DNA of 64,000 nucleotides from an uncultured SAR86 cluster bacterium (GCA_902557575.1 CACEAR010000001.1:262685-326684); one strand, 5' to 3'; shown: positions 18,822 through 27,471, numbered from the stretch's first letter. The notes: a model not told the origin generated them from the letters alone. A program made the numbers and translations.

Positions 18822-19928
18822 ATGAATGACTATTCTGAACATATTGCCATTATCGGAGGAGGTATCGCGGGATTATCTCTTGGATGTTTTTTATTAAGAA
18901 AAGATATTCAACCTATTATTTTTGAACGATCATCTCAAATAAGAGAAGGCGGGGCAGGTATATCCATATCTCCAAACGCCATAAATCTGCTTGATAAGAT
19001 TAATCTAAAAGAGAGTCTTTCCAATGAAGGTTTTTTTCCAGAAAAAATAAATTTTTTAGACGAAGATCAACCAATAACTTCCATTGATTCGAGAGTTTGT
19101 TGTATTTCCAGAGAAAAACTTGTGACAATTTTATATAAGAAATTTATTGAGCTTGGTGGAAGAATTATTTTTGATCACGAATATGTTTCATTTGATTCAG
19201 ACAACAAGATTCTAAACTTCAAGAATGATCAATCATATAAAGTTCTTCACTTAGCAGCATGCGACGGAATAAAATCAAAAATACGAGATGATTTTTTTGA
19301 CACAGGAAAGCCAGTTTATAGCGGTTATTCTGCATGGCGATGTATAGGCCATAATCCACAAAAAGATGCATATCTTCAACTCTCTTCAAACAAGCACTTA
19401 GTTCTTTATCCAATAACAAATTCTTTATCAAGTTTTGTGGGATGCATTAAAACTACTAAAGAAAATAATGAGTCTTGGATAGCTGAGGGTAGTATAGATG
19501 AGCTCGTTCAGGATATCGGTTTTATGTCTGAAAATCATAAAGAGACGGTTCATTCTTCAAATAAGTTCTTTAGATGGGGTATATATACAAGGCCTTTGCT
19601 AAAAAAATATTTTGCTAAAAATATTTCTTTATTCGGTGATGCTGCACACCCTATAGTGCCTTTTTTAGGGCAGGGCGGATGTCTTGCTATTGAGGATGGA
19701 TACTCTTTTGCTAAGCTTTTAAGTGATATTGGCAACTTAGAAGATACTCAAAATCGTTATGAGCGGATAAGGAAGCCAAGAGTTAAGATGATTACCAGAC
19801 TGTCTAAAGAGCAAGCTCTTCATAACCATATATCAAATCCATTATTAAAAAAGACAAGAAATTTCCTTATGTCAAAAACTCCTATCATAGATAAACAAAT
19901 GGATAGAATTTATAAATTCAATTTATGA
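18822..19928 (+). CDS. FAD-dependent aromatic-ring monooxygenase (salicylate hydroxylase/UbiH-like family)
   Basis: GxGxxG (IAIIGGGIAGLSLG), the DG motif (ACDGIKSKIR) and GDAAHPIVPFLGQG are the three class-A flavoprotein monooxygenase fingerprints. Confidence 0.8.
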   Translation: MNDYSEHIAIIGGGIAGLSLGCFLLRKDIQPIIFERSSQIREGGAGISISPNAINLLDKINLKESLSNEGFFPEKINFLDEDQPITSIDSRVCCISREKLVTILYKKFIELGGRIIFDHEYVSFDSDNKILNFKNDQSYKVLHLAACDGIKSKIRDDFFDTGKPVYSGYSAWRCIGHNPQKDAYLQLSSNKHLVLYPITNSLSSFVGCIKTTKENNESWIAEGSIDELVQDIGFMSENHKETVHSSNKFFRWGIYTRPLLKKYFAKNISLFGDAAHPIVPFLGQGGCLAIEDGYSFAKLLSDIGNLEDTQNRYERIRKPRVKMITRLSKEQALHNHISNPLLKKTRNFLMSKTPIIDKQMDRIYKFNL

Positions 19929-21079
19929 AAGTAATAATTCTTGGAGGGTGTGGTGGAATGGGACGATATGCCTCAAAGGCTATTTCTTCATTTAATCAAA
20001 TCCAATCACTTACCATAGCTGATCTTAATAAAGAGGATGCTGAGGAATTTGCAAAACAACTAGGATCTCATGTGGAGGGAATTGGTTTAAATATTAATGA
20101 CAAAGAACTTCTTTATGGGACTCTTAAGAGCTTTGATATTGTCGTGAACACAGTTGGGCCATTTTTTAAATATGGATATGGAGTGCTTAAGACATCTTTG
20201 GATGCAAATTGTCATTACATGGATATTTGTGATGACTGGGAGCCTACCGAAAAAATGTTAGAGCTAGATCATCTTGCCAAAGAGAGAGACTTGCTTGCAA
20301 TATTAGGCATGGGAGCCAGTCCTGGCATTACAAACTTGCTTGGAGCAATTGCCATAAATGAGCTTGATGAGGCAGAAACAATATATACCGGGTGGAGTAT
20401 GAATGAGGCAAAGCCTGAAGATATTTCATCTCAAAAAGATACTAATGCAGCGATGATTCATGGAATCGAACAGATCTCTGGGAAAGTAAAAATTTTCAAG
20501 GATAAAAAATTTCAAATGACGAGACCTTTGAAGGAGATAGAAATTGACTATCCACGAATAGGAAAATTCAAACCAAGTATCTTTGGTCATCCAGAAGCAA
20601 TTACTTTTCCTAAACATTATAAAAATCTTCAGGCTTCAATGAATTTAGTTCATGGAGATAGACTAATCATGACTATACTGAGACTAATTAACAAACTCAT
20701 TGCACTAAGGCTACTTTCAAAAAGAAGTGCAGCTAGGTTTTTAGATTGGTTGGAGAGGAACTCTTCTTCAAATGATTCCCAACAACAAAACAGTATTCCA
20801 GAAATATATGCTCTAGCAATTGGATCAAAGAATAATAAATTTGAGTCTGTAGGAGTATCTTATGATGGAACACCAACTCGAGAATTATCTATGGGTGATG
20901 CTACAGGTTTGCCTCTATCTCTAGGTCTTAGTATGTTTATTGCGGGAGAAATTTCTATTAGAGGAGTCATTTCACCCGAAAGCAAAGGTATTAATCATAG
21001 AAAAATGCTACTAGAAATATGTAATTTACTCGGAATGAGGGATGCAAGTATAAAAATTGATAGATCTTGGGAGTGCTAA
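19925..21079 (+). CDS. saccharopine dehydrogenase-like NAD(P)-binding protein
   Basis: MKVIILGGCGGMGR Rossmann start, VVNTVGPF and GASPGITNLL blocks typical of the Sacchrp_dh family. ATGA overlap with the monooxygenase. Confidence 0.7.
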   Translation: MKVIILGGCGGMGRYASKAISSFNQIQSLTIADLNKEDAEEFAKQLGSHVEGIGLNINDKELLYGTLKSFDIVVNTVGPFFKYGYGVLKTSLDANCHYMDICDDWEPTEKMLELDHLAKERDLLAILGMGASPGITNLLGAIAINELDEAETIYTGWSMNEAKPEDISSQKDTNAAMIHGIEQISGKVKIFKDKKFQMTRPLKEIEIDYPRIGKFKPSIFGHPEAITFPKHYKNLQASMNLVHGDRLIMTILRLINKLIALRLLSKRSAARFLDWLERNSSSNDSQQQNSIPEIYALAIGSKNNKFESVGVSYDGTPTRELSMGDATGLPLSLGLSMFIAGEISIRGVISPESKGINHRKMLLEICNLLGMRDASIKIDRSWEC

Positions 21080-21155
21080 TGGTGCCCAGAGGTGGGATCG
21101 AACCACCGACACAAGGATTTTCAGTCCTTTGCTCTACCAACTGAGCTATCTGGGC
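21080..21155 (-). tRNA. tRNA-Phe (GAA)
   Basis: The minus strand reads GCCCAGATAGCTCAGTTGGTAGAGCAAAGGACTGAAAATCCTTGTGTCGGTGGTTCGATCCCACCTCTGGGCACCA, 76 nt. Anticodon loop CTGAAAA, encoded CCA, and a close match to E. coli tRNA-Phe. Confidence 0.95.
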
Positions 21156-21170
21156 AAATTAGATCAAAGG

Positions 21171-21199
21171 ATTATATGCAAGAATGAAGACAATGTCAT
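21171..21199 (-). promoter_or_regulatory. candidate sigma70 promoter for tRNA-Phe
   Basis: On the minus strand: ATGACA, a 17-nt spacer, then TATAAT. The -10 ends 15 nt before the mature tRNA 5' end. The element overlaps the yggX stop region. Confidence 0.4.
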
Positions 21200-21202
21200 T
21201 AA

Positions 21203-21472
21203 TCAGTCTAATGACTTAAATCCTTCGGCTTTTGCATAATCAGCATTATCAAAAAATAGATGCATTTGTTCTATAAGCCATTTTCTATTCTTATGATCTG
21301 ACATATCAAGCATCTTTTCATTGATTAGAGTAACTTGGTGAGACTTCCATTCTTCCCAAGCTTTTGCAGAAACTGTTTTTTGTAATTCAATTCCAAGCTC
21401 GCCCGGCATTGGCGGAATTTCTAACGATGGAAGCTCTTCTTGATATTTCCTACAAAAAACCATTTTCGTCAT
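21203..21472 (-). CDS. yggX: Fe(2+)-trafficking/oxidative-damage protection protein YggX
   Basis: 89 aa; [27 protein letters not shown]...W..W is the YggX signature. Immediately downstream of mutY, as in enterics and pseudomonads. Confidence 0.85.
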   Translation of the reverse strand: MTKMVFCRKYQEELPSLEIPPMPGELGIELQKTVSAKAWEEWKSHQVTLINEKMLDMSDHKNRKWLIEQMHLFFDNADYAKAEGFKSLD

Positions 21473-22461
21473 AACGCACTCACAACTTTTTTGATAGGTG
21501 TTGGCATTGCATATTCATTAACTTTACTTTTCTTAATCCATTTATACTCTAAATTAGAGTCAAGATCATATTTTTTATCAATTTCGAAAGCTTTTATCTT
21601 CATATCAAGATTTAGGTGACTTAGCGGGTGATTAACTTTGATCTTTGAATACCTTTGAGTACCTTTAATTTTTACTTCATTTCCATCAATCGGAATCCAC
21701 AAACTTTCCCAGTATTCGGGAGCCTGTTTTTTATGCATAAGGATTTCATTTTTTGTATGAGGCAAAATAAAATTAAGCTTTACAGTAGGCTTTTGAATAG
21801 CTTTCTTCAAACTTATATTATTAGTAACTTCCTCAAATGCACTATAACAATCATTACTAACTGGGCATACATCACAATTAGGTTTTGATTTTGAACAATG
21901 AGTAGCTCCTAAATCCATAATTCCTTGAGTATATTCAAAGGATCGCTTATTTGGAGTAAGTTTCTCAGAAATAAGCCAGAGTTTTTTCTGTTTTTCATTT
22001 TCAGTCTTAAAAGATATTTTTTTATATCTTCCAAGCACTCTTTTTACATTGGCATCAAGTATGGGATGACCTTCATTGAAAGCGATTGACATAATTGCTC
22101 CAGCTGTAGATCTTCCTATGCCAGGTAAAGACTCTAAATCATTTATATTTGTTGGTAGCTTATTATTAAAATTTTCATTGATCATTCTACAAGCTTTATA
22201 AATATTCTTTGCTCTTCTATAGAAACCCAATCCTGACCACTGAGCCAATATCTCGTCTTCAGATGCCTGAATTAAAGCCTCAAGATCAGGATACTTTTCT
22301 ATAAATTTATTGAAGTAGGGGATAACAGTTTTTACTTGAGTTTGTTGAAGCATTATCTCCGATATCCATATGGAATAAGGAGATATATTTTTTCTCCAAG
22401 GCAGATCATGCCTGCCATTTTTTTTGTACCAGTTTACAATTCTGTTGCTAAAACTATTCAT
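21469..22461 (-). CDS. mutY: A/G-specific adenine DNA glycosylase
   Basis: HhH-GPD blocks ([12 protein letters not shown]), a 4Fe-4S Cys cluster ([17 protein letters not shown]) and a C-terminal NUDIX-like domain. I prefer ATG 22461 ([23 protein letters not shown], which aligns with the E. coli MutY N-terminus) over the track start at 22509. Confidence 0.9.
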   Translation of the reverse strand: MNSFSNRIVNWYKKNGRHDLPWRKNISPYSIWISEIMLQQTQVKTVIPYFNKFIEKYPDLEALIQASEDEILAQWSGLGFYRRAKNIYKACRMINENFNNKLPTNINDLESLPGIGRSTAGAIMSIAFNEGHPILDANVKRVLGRYKKISFKTENEKQKKLWLISEKLTPNKRSFEYTQGIMDLGATHCSKSKPNCDVCPVSNDCYSAFEEVTNNISLKKAIQKPTVKLNFILPHTKNEILMHKKQAPEYWESLWIPIDGNEVKIKGTQRYSKIKVNHPLSHLNLDMKIKAFEIDKKYDLDSNLEYKWIKKSKVNEYAMPTPIKKVVSAL

Positions 22462-23068
22462 TGAAGAAATCTTTTTTTGATTTAACTGAACCATCCTCGT
22501 TAATAACATAATGTATCGGAGCCCCAGTTGGGATTTCTAACTTAACAATATCTTCGTCCGAAATGTCATCAAGAAACTTAATTAACGATCTAAGAGAGTT
22601 CCCATGAGCTGCAACTAAAATATTTTTACCATCACAAACATGTGGGAGTATTTCTTTAATAAAAAATGGGAGCACTCTTTCACCTGTATCTTTAAGACTT
22701 TCTCCTCCAGGAGGAGGAATATCATATGATCTTCTCCAAATATGAACTTGTTCATTACCCCATCTTTTTCTTGCGTCATCCTTGTTCAGGCCTGCAAGGT
22801 CTCCATAGTTTCTTTCATTAAGAGCCTGATTTTTTATGGTTGATAAAGGCTGATTTATTTCTTTAAGGATTATTTCAGCTGTATTCTGAGCTCTTACTAG
22901 TGCAGAGGTGAAGACTAAGTCAAAATTAATTTTTAAGTCCTTTATTATCTTTCCCGCATTATGAGCCTCTTCAATACCTTTGGTCGTAAGATCAGGATCC
23001 TTCCATCCAGTAAATTGATTTAGGGCATTCCACTCGCTTTGACCATGCCTTATTAAAATTAGATTCAT
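22454..23068 (-). CDS. gpmA: 2,3-bisphosphoglycerate-dependent phosphoglycerate mutase (short ~200 aa form)
   Basis: [10 protein letters not shown] catalytic motif, ERNYG, and AAHGNSLR. Confidence 0.85.
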   Translation of the reverse strand: MNLILIRHGQSEWNALNQFTGWKDPDLTTKGIEEAHNAGKIIKDLKINFDLVFTSALVRAQNTAEIILKEINQPLSTIKNQALNERNYGDLAGLNKDDARKRWGNEQVHIWRRSYDIPPPGGESLKDTGERVLPFFIKEILPHVCDGKNILVAAHGNSLRSLIKFLDDISDEDIVKLEIPTGAPIHYVINEDGSVKSKKDFFNE

Positions 23069-23112
23069 TTTTATTAGATAAAATCCTATTTTAATAGATA
23101 ATATGTCTTCAT

Positions 23113-23529
23113 ATGTTGGAATTTAATCTTTTTTTAATTGATTATTGGTATTTCTCAGTGCCATTGTTTTTCTTTTTATTCTTATTTGCTTATTCAGAAA
23201 TGAATAAAGGTGGCAAGAAAATTGAGCCCAATGAACTTACACGCTTAGTAAACAAAGAAAATGCAATTCTTATTGATCTTAGAAAAAAAGAAGATTTTGA
23301 AAATGGACATATTATGACTGCACTGAATTATCCACATCAAGAATTTGATAATCAGATGCATGAATTAGATAAATTTAAAGAACGTCCAATAATTTTGGTT
23401 TGTGATATGGGAAGGAACTCAGCAAATATTGGAGAAAAGCTTAAAAAAGCAGAGTTTAAAGAAACCTTTAGGTTAAACGGTGGAATGATGACTTGGACAC
23501 AAGAGAATCTTCCCGTTATTCAAAAATAA
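23113..23529 (+). CDS. membrane-anchored single-domain rhodanese
   Basis: N-terminal TM helix, then a rhodanese domain with the active-site loop VCDMGRNS. Confidence 0.75.
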   Translation: MLEFNLFLIDYWYFSVPLFFFLFLFAYSEMNKGGKKIEPNELTRLVNKENAILIDLRKKEDFENGHIMTALNYPHQEFDNQMHELDKFKERPIILVCDMGRNSANIGEKLKKAEFKETFRLNGGMMTWTQENLPVIQK

Positions 23530-23558
23530 ATACGCGGGAAGAGTATTCCCGCGTATTT
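23528..23558. terminator. bidirectional rho-independent terminator between convergent genes
   Basis: AAATACGCGGGAA-GAGTA-TTCCCGCGTATTT forms a perfect 13-bp stem with a GC-rich core, A-run on one side and T-run on the other. It lies between the rhodanese stop (23529) and the GSII stop (23572). Confidence 0.75.
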
Positions 23559-23571
23559 AGAAGAGACAAAT

Positions 23572-24543
23572 TTATTTAGTAAGAGTTCCTACTAGATGAG
23601 ATAATATCTTATAAGGATCAGCATTAGATGCTGGTCTTCTATCTTCAAGATATCCATTCCAGTCATGCTCAACTGTGTAAACTGGAATTCTAATACTAGC
23701 ACCACGATCACTGACACCATAAGAGAATTTATCAATGCTTTGTGTTTCATGAAGACCAGTAAGCCTCATGTCATTGTCAGAACCATATGAAGCAATTCCT
23801 TCTGCATGGACTTCTCCTAACTTATCACAGATTGAAGAAAATAATTCTTCAGATCCACCAGTTCTCATTTCTTCATTTGAGAAATTACAATGCATTCCTG
23901 AACCATTCCAATCTCCTGTTTTAGGTTTTGGATGAATATTTACACCAACACCGTATTCTTCAGCAATCTTATAAAGAAGATATCTTGATACCCAAAGATC
24001 ATCAGCGGCCTTAATGCCCTTACCAAAACACTGATATTCCCATTGTCCAAGGGCAACCTCAGCATTTGTCCCAGTTAGGGTTATACCAAGATCTAGACAA
24101 GCTTCTAAGTGAGCATCTGAGATTTCTCTACCAACAACATTACCTGCACCAACACCACAATAATATTCTCCTTGAGGTCTTGGTGTTCCATCTTCCCATC
24201 CTAGAGGTTCACCTGTTTGCGGATCAGTAAAGAAGTATTCTTGTTCAAAGCCAAACCACCACTCATCTGTAACCACTTCAGCAGCTGCAGCTCTAAAGTT
24301 TGAGGGATGAGTTGTATGATCTGCTGCTTGAACTTGAGTCATAACTAAATCGTGCCCGTTTGGATTTGCATAGGTTTGCACCGGTAAAAGTAAGCAGTCT
24401 GAACTCCCACCTTCAGCTTGCTGAGTTGAAGATCCATCAAAAGACCAATCTGGAGGAGTATCGTCCTCAGTGGCTTTAACTTTGCTTCGCATCATTGGTT
24501 CTGGCTGATACCCATCAAGCCATATATATTCAAAAGTATTCAT
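23572..24543 (-). CDS. glnII: glutamine synthetase type II (eukaryote-like GSII)
   Basis: 323 aa; FEYIWLDG, DGSSTQQAEG, FGFEQEYF, NAEVALGQWEYQ, HPKP...DWNGSGMHCNFS and RRPASNADPY are GSII blocks. AGGAG SD 7 nt upstream. Confidence 0.9.
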   Translation of the reverse strand: MNTFEYIWLDGYQPEPMMRSKVKATEDDTPPDWSFDGSSTQQAEGGSSDCLLLPVQTYANPNGHDLVMTQVQAADHTTHPSNFRAAAAEVVTDEWWFGFEQEYFFTDPQTGEPLGWEDGTPRPQGEYYCGVGAGNVVGREISDAHLEACLDLGITLTGTNAEVALGQWEYQCFGKGIKAADDLWVSRYLLYKIAEEYGVGVNIHPKPKTGDWNGSGMHCNFSNEEMRTGGSEELFSSICDKLGEVHAEGIASYGSDNDMRLTGLHETQSIDKFSYGVSDRGASIRIPVYTVEHDWNGYLEDRRPASNADPYKILSHLVGTLTK

Positions 24544-24618
24544 AAATATCTCCTAAAAAATAAATTTTCATGCATTTTTTAGTCTGCAGGATTTTTGAAG
24601 TTAAACTCGATCGGGTTT

Positions 24619-24675
24619 AACGGTTGCGTTCCTTCAGCTTTCGCTTACTTCCGACTCTAAAAGAGTTGAACGATT
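24619..24675 (-). promoter_or_regulatory. glutamine riboswitch aptamer (glnA RNA motif), gene-proximal copy
   Basis: Minus-strand RNA: AUCGUUCAACUCUUUUAGAGUCGGAAGUAAGCGAAAGCUGAAGGAACGCAACCGUU. P1 is CGUUC/GAACG, a hairpin is ACUCU/AGAGU, the core CGGAAGUA is conserved, a second hairpin is AGC-GAAA-GCU, followed by GAAGGAACGC. Confidence 0.8.
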
Positions 24676-24688
24676 AACGTTATCCTGT

Positions 24689-24747
24689 TAACGGGCGCGT
24701 TCCTTCGGTTTTCACCTACTTCCGACTTCCTAAGAAGTTGAACGATT
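24689..24747 (-). promoter_or_regulatory. glutamine riboswitch aptamer (glnA RNA motif), gene-distal copy
   Basis: Minus-strand RNA: AUCGUUCAACUUCUUAGGAAGUCGGAAGUAGGUGAAAACCGAAGGAACGCGCCCGUUA. The architecture matches the proximal copy, with compensatory changes in both hairpins (ACUUC/GAAGU; GGU/ACC). Confidence 0.8.
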
Positions 24748-24895
24748 TTAACTCTTCACTCAAATAATTGAGTTCCTTTTTAACCATGGAAATGGTGCAA
24801 ATTAAAATGCTAAGTAAAGTTTACTCAAATGAAATAACTAAGCAATAGACATATTAATATTAAGGGCAATATTTTCAGAATTGTTACAAGAATTT

Positions 24896-25468
24896 CTAAA
24901 GTTTCATAAATTTCGAGATTATTTCTAGCTTTTCTTTGAAAGAATCAAAAGAATGACTTCCTCCATTAACGATACAAAAATTACAGCCCTTATAGAAATC
25001 AAGAGTGTGCTTAAATGGAATAACATCATCACCAGTTTCAATTAGCACTAAATAGTTCGATGGAGATTTTATTTTTGAGACATTTTTCAGCTTCAAGATT
25101 TCAAGATCTTTTTTAGTTAGGTAGAATTCTTCATTTGTTGAATAGTTAGTATTCTTTCCTAAATACATTTCCATTCCTAAATATGGATTTGATGCGGGGT
25201 TGATCAAAACAGCATTTGAATCAAACTTTTCAGCAAAATAAGATGCATAAAAACCGCCAAGTGAGCTTCCAATGAATAATCTATCACCTTCATTCTCTTT
25301 TACTAAACTTTCTAATTGAATGAAAGATTTTTCTATTGAGTTATCAATATTTGGGATATGGAGATGAACATTTGGGAATTTCTCTTTTATAAAATCATCA
25401 AAGATTATTGCCTTTGTTGAATCAGCAGATGATGCAAAGCCATGAAAATAAAATATATTTTTATTCAA
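24896..25468 (-). CDS. yqiA: YqiA-family esterase (alpha/beta hydrolase, UPF0227)
   Basis: 190 aa; FYFHGFASS start, nucleophile elbow GSSLGG, and a C-terminal GGSH. Follows a yqiB-like gene, as in E. coli. Confidence 0.75.
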   Translation of the reverse strand: MNKNIFYFHGFASSADSTKAIIFDDFIKEKFPNVHLHIPNIDNSIEKSFIQLESLVKENEGDRLFIGSSLGGFYASYFAEKFDSNAVLINPASNPYLGMEMYLGKNTNYSTNEEFYLTKKDLEILKLKNVSKIKSPSNYLVLIETGDDVIPFKHTLDFYKGCNFCIVNGGSHSFDSFKEKLEIISKFMKL

Positions 25469-25877
25469 TTATTTCTTCTGCAAAAGTAAGTAAATTTTCA
25501 AGAAGGTCAAAAAAGAAAGTATTTTGTTGATGTTTTTCATCAGATGATTGAAGAACAGATTTATTTTTTACATAAAAAGGGAAAGGCTTCTCTCCTTGAA
25601 AGGAAATCACCTCTACCATTTTTGCGTCAATGAAAACACAGAACCTGACTACAAAATCATTGAGGCTATCTTCAGGATGAATATGCTTTACCTCATAAGT
25701 TAGAGTGTGCTTAGTCTTTGATAATAAATTAAACTTTATTAAAACTTTTTCATTTTTACTGACAGACTTCTCAAAACTTTTCCTAGGTTCTTTAAAATCT
25801 TGGAGCAATTTTTTTAATTTAAAGAAATTACTCCCACAAACATTTAAATGTATTGAAGTTTTAGGAAGAGTTTTCAT
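25461..25877 (-). CDS. DUF1249 (YqiB-like) protein
   Basis: 138 aa; VCGSNFFKLKKLL and DEKHQQNTFFFDLL align with E. coli YqiB LCEMNFSQLRRLL and DEKHQINQFLADWL. Overlaps yqiA by 8 nt. Confidence 0.65.
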   Translation of the reverse strand: MKTLPKTSIHLNVCGSNFFKLKKLLQDFKEPRKSFEKSVSKNEKVLIKFNLLSKTKHTLTYEVKHIHPEDSLNDFVVRFCVFIDAKMVEVISFQGEKPFPFYVKNKSVLQSSDEKHQQNTFFFDLLENLLTFAEEIIE

Positions 25878-25886
25878 TTCTATAAA

Positions 25887-26744
25887 TTAAATAAAAATAT
25901 TATATTTTTCAATCAACAAAGCTAATAAAAATAATAAACCGATAAAGTTGTTATTTTTAAATGCTTTTAGGTGCTCATTATTTCTTGATATCGAATGCTG
26001 ATAATAAAAGAGAAGAAGAGCAAAAAATATAGTCAAATACCAAATAAAACCTAAGCTATTTAAGTAACCAAGTAATATGAAAGATATAAGAGAGAAGCTT
26101 TGAAACACAATAATATAGTTTTGAGATTTTTGTCCCCAGTAAGTAATTGAAGAGTTCACCCCTAATTTTTTATCATCATCATAATCGCTCATTGCATAAA
26201 ATGAGTCGTATGCAACTATCCAGAAGAAATTAGCTAAGTATAAGATCCACATTGATGTATCGAGCAGCTTCTCATTCATTGAAAAAACAATTGGAATACT
26301 TGAACCAAAAGTTAATCCTAAGAAAATCTGTGGGATCTTCAGAAATCTTTTTGTTAAAGGGTAGGAAACTATGAAAACTGCAAAAAATAAACAAACCAGC
26401 TGCGCTTGTCTTTCTAGGCTGAAAACAAGTAGTAAAGATAACAGTGAAAGTAGAAAAAATATAAAATACGCCTCGCGCTTGCTAAGCTGACCTGACGCTA
26501 ACGGTCTGTCTTTAGTTCTCTCAACCCTCTTATCAAACTCCATATCAAATATATCATTGATCACGCATCCAGTTGATCTTACTAAAATTGATCCAACTAC
26601 AATAATAGTTACGAATGAGTAATTAATAGATGCTTCAGTTGAGATTAACAGAGCAATTAGGGCAGGCCATAAAAGGAGATAAATACCGATAGGCTTATCA
26701 AGCCGAGTTATTCCAATAAATCCACTTATTTTTTCAGCTATCAT
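25887..26744 (-). CDS. ubiA: 4-hydroxybenzoate polyprenyltransferase
   Basis: NDIFDMEFDKRVERTKDRPLASG and a second Asp-rich motif (YAMSDYDDD). 285 aa polytopic protein, downstream of ubiC. Confidence 0.9.
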   Translation of the reverse strand: MIAEKISGFIGITRLDKPIGIYLLLWPALIALLISTEASINYSFVTIIVVGSILVRSTGCVINDIFDMEFDKRVERTKDRPLASGQLSKREAYFIFFLLSLLSLLLVFSLERQAQLVCLFFAVFIVSYPLTKRFLKIPQIFLGLTFGSSIPIVFSMNEKLLDTSMWILYLANFFWIVAYDSFYAMSDYDDDKKLGVNSSITYWGQKSQNYIIVFQSFSLISFILLGYLNSLGFIWYLTIFFALLLFYYQHSISRNNEHLKAFKNNNFIGLLFLLALLIEKYNIFI

Positions 26745-27225
26745 TTATTAAAAAGATTTCACAAACACTGAAAGGATAACCTTTAACAGTGTATATGCCT
26801 TTTCTCCCATAGAATATTCTTTTATTTAATTCAAACTTAGCAAATAGCATATATTTTTTTCTAATTTCAGGATTTAAAAAAAGGATATCTCCTAATGGAT
26901 TTTCTTTGAGATTCCCGAGAGCACCTAAACCAAGTCTTATTGTTTCAAGCGGTATGATGCTTTTTGCATAAATTAATGGCTCTTCATCAGAATATAGAAC
27001 TACTTCTCTAATATTATTTTTTTCATAGTTTGCAATAATAAGGTCATCTTCATCAGTATTTACCTCTCCAGGACCATCTCTGAGAAGCTTTAATCTGAAA
27101 TTTGAAAATGATTTGATTCTAGATGTTATTGATCCAGGCTCATTTAGCCAGGAAAGAATTTCTTTATTCTGGACTTCAAGGGATTTAATCTCAGACATCC
27201 ATGAAGTTAATTTATTGAATTTCAT
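26734..27225 (-). CDS. ubiC: chorismate pyruvate-lyase
   Basis: 163 aa; blocks align with E. coli UbiC (SWLNEPGSITSRIK, REVVLYSDEEPLIYAKSIIP, NPLGDILF, VCEIFL). Overlaps ubiA. Confidence 0.8.
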   Translation of the reverse strand: MKFNKLTSWMSEIKSLEVQNKEILSWLNEPGSITSRIKSFSNFRLKLLRDGPGEVNTDEDDLIIANYEKNNIREVVLYSDEEPLIYAKSIIPLETIRLGLGALGNLKENPLGDILFLNPEIRKKYMLFAKFELNKRIFYGRKGIYTVKGYPFSVCEIFLINDS

Positions 27226-27297
27226 ATATTTAAGTATCTCAATTTTGGTATTATACGCTGATCTTTTTTATAATTTTTAGACACTAAGAAATGAAAT

Positions 27298-27471
27298 ATG
27301 GACTATAAAAAATGGGAATGCATTGTTTGTGGGTTAATCTATGATGAAGCTGAAGGCTGGCCTGAAGACGGCATTGAACCTGGAACAAAATGGGAAGATG
27401 TTCCTGAAGATTGGATATGTCCAGACTGTGGTGTTGGAAAGGAAGATTTTGACATGGTTGAGATATCATAA
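27298..27471 (+). CDS. rubredoxin
   Basis: Not in the ORF track (57 aa). Hand translation: [57 protein letters not shown], with the CxxCG...CPxCG iron site. The TAA overlaps the next ATG (TAATG). Confidence 0.9.
   Translation: MDYKKWECIVCGLIYDEAEGWPEDGIEPGTKWEDVPEDWICPDCGVGKEDFDMVEIS

Noticed and set aside
16336-21155. A genomic island integrated at tRNA-Phe.
   Set aside because: No integrase or mobility gene. I could not find a direct repeat of the tRNA 3' end elsewhere in the block, and the composition looks the same as the flanks. I kept it only as an unexplained gene block.
22462-22509. N-terminal extensions proposed by the track: mutY 22509, rpoZ 32268, ridA 34732, tsaD 39260, ribE 37227, SDR 51496 and SGNH-like 18842.
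   Set aside because: Internal ATGs give family-typical N-termini, often with AGGAG-type SDs. They also remove implausible overlaps with upstream or divergent genes.
24540-24575. An 11-codon uORF (MHENLFFRRYL) whose TGA overlaps the GSII ATG.
   Set aside because: It has no SD, it contains the GSII SD within its own codons, and it is easily produced by chance in AT-rich sequence. There is no evidence that it is translated.
24793-24799. TGCACCA (minus strand), a possible NtrC half-site, and a sigma54 promoter upstream of GSII.
   Set aside because: Only one half-site is present (TGCACCA-TTT-CCATGGT, not TGGTGCA). No GG-N10-GC element with correct spacing was found.
27284-27469. 61-aa minus-strand ORF between ubiC and the transporter.
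   Set aside because: It is the antisense shadow of a textbook rubredoxin gene on the plus strand (27298..27471).
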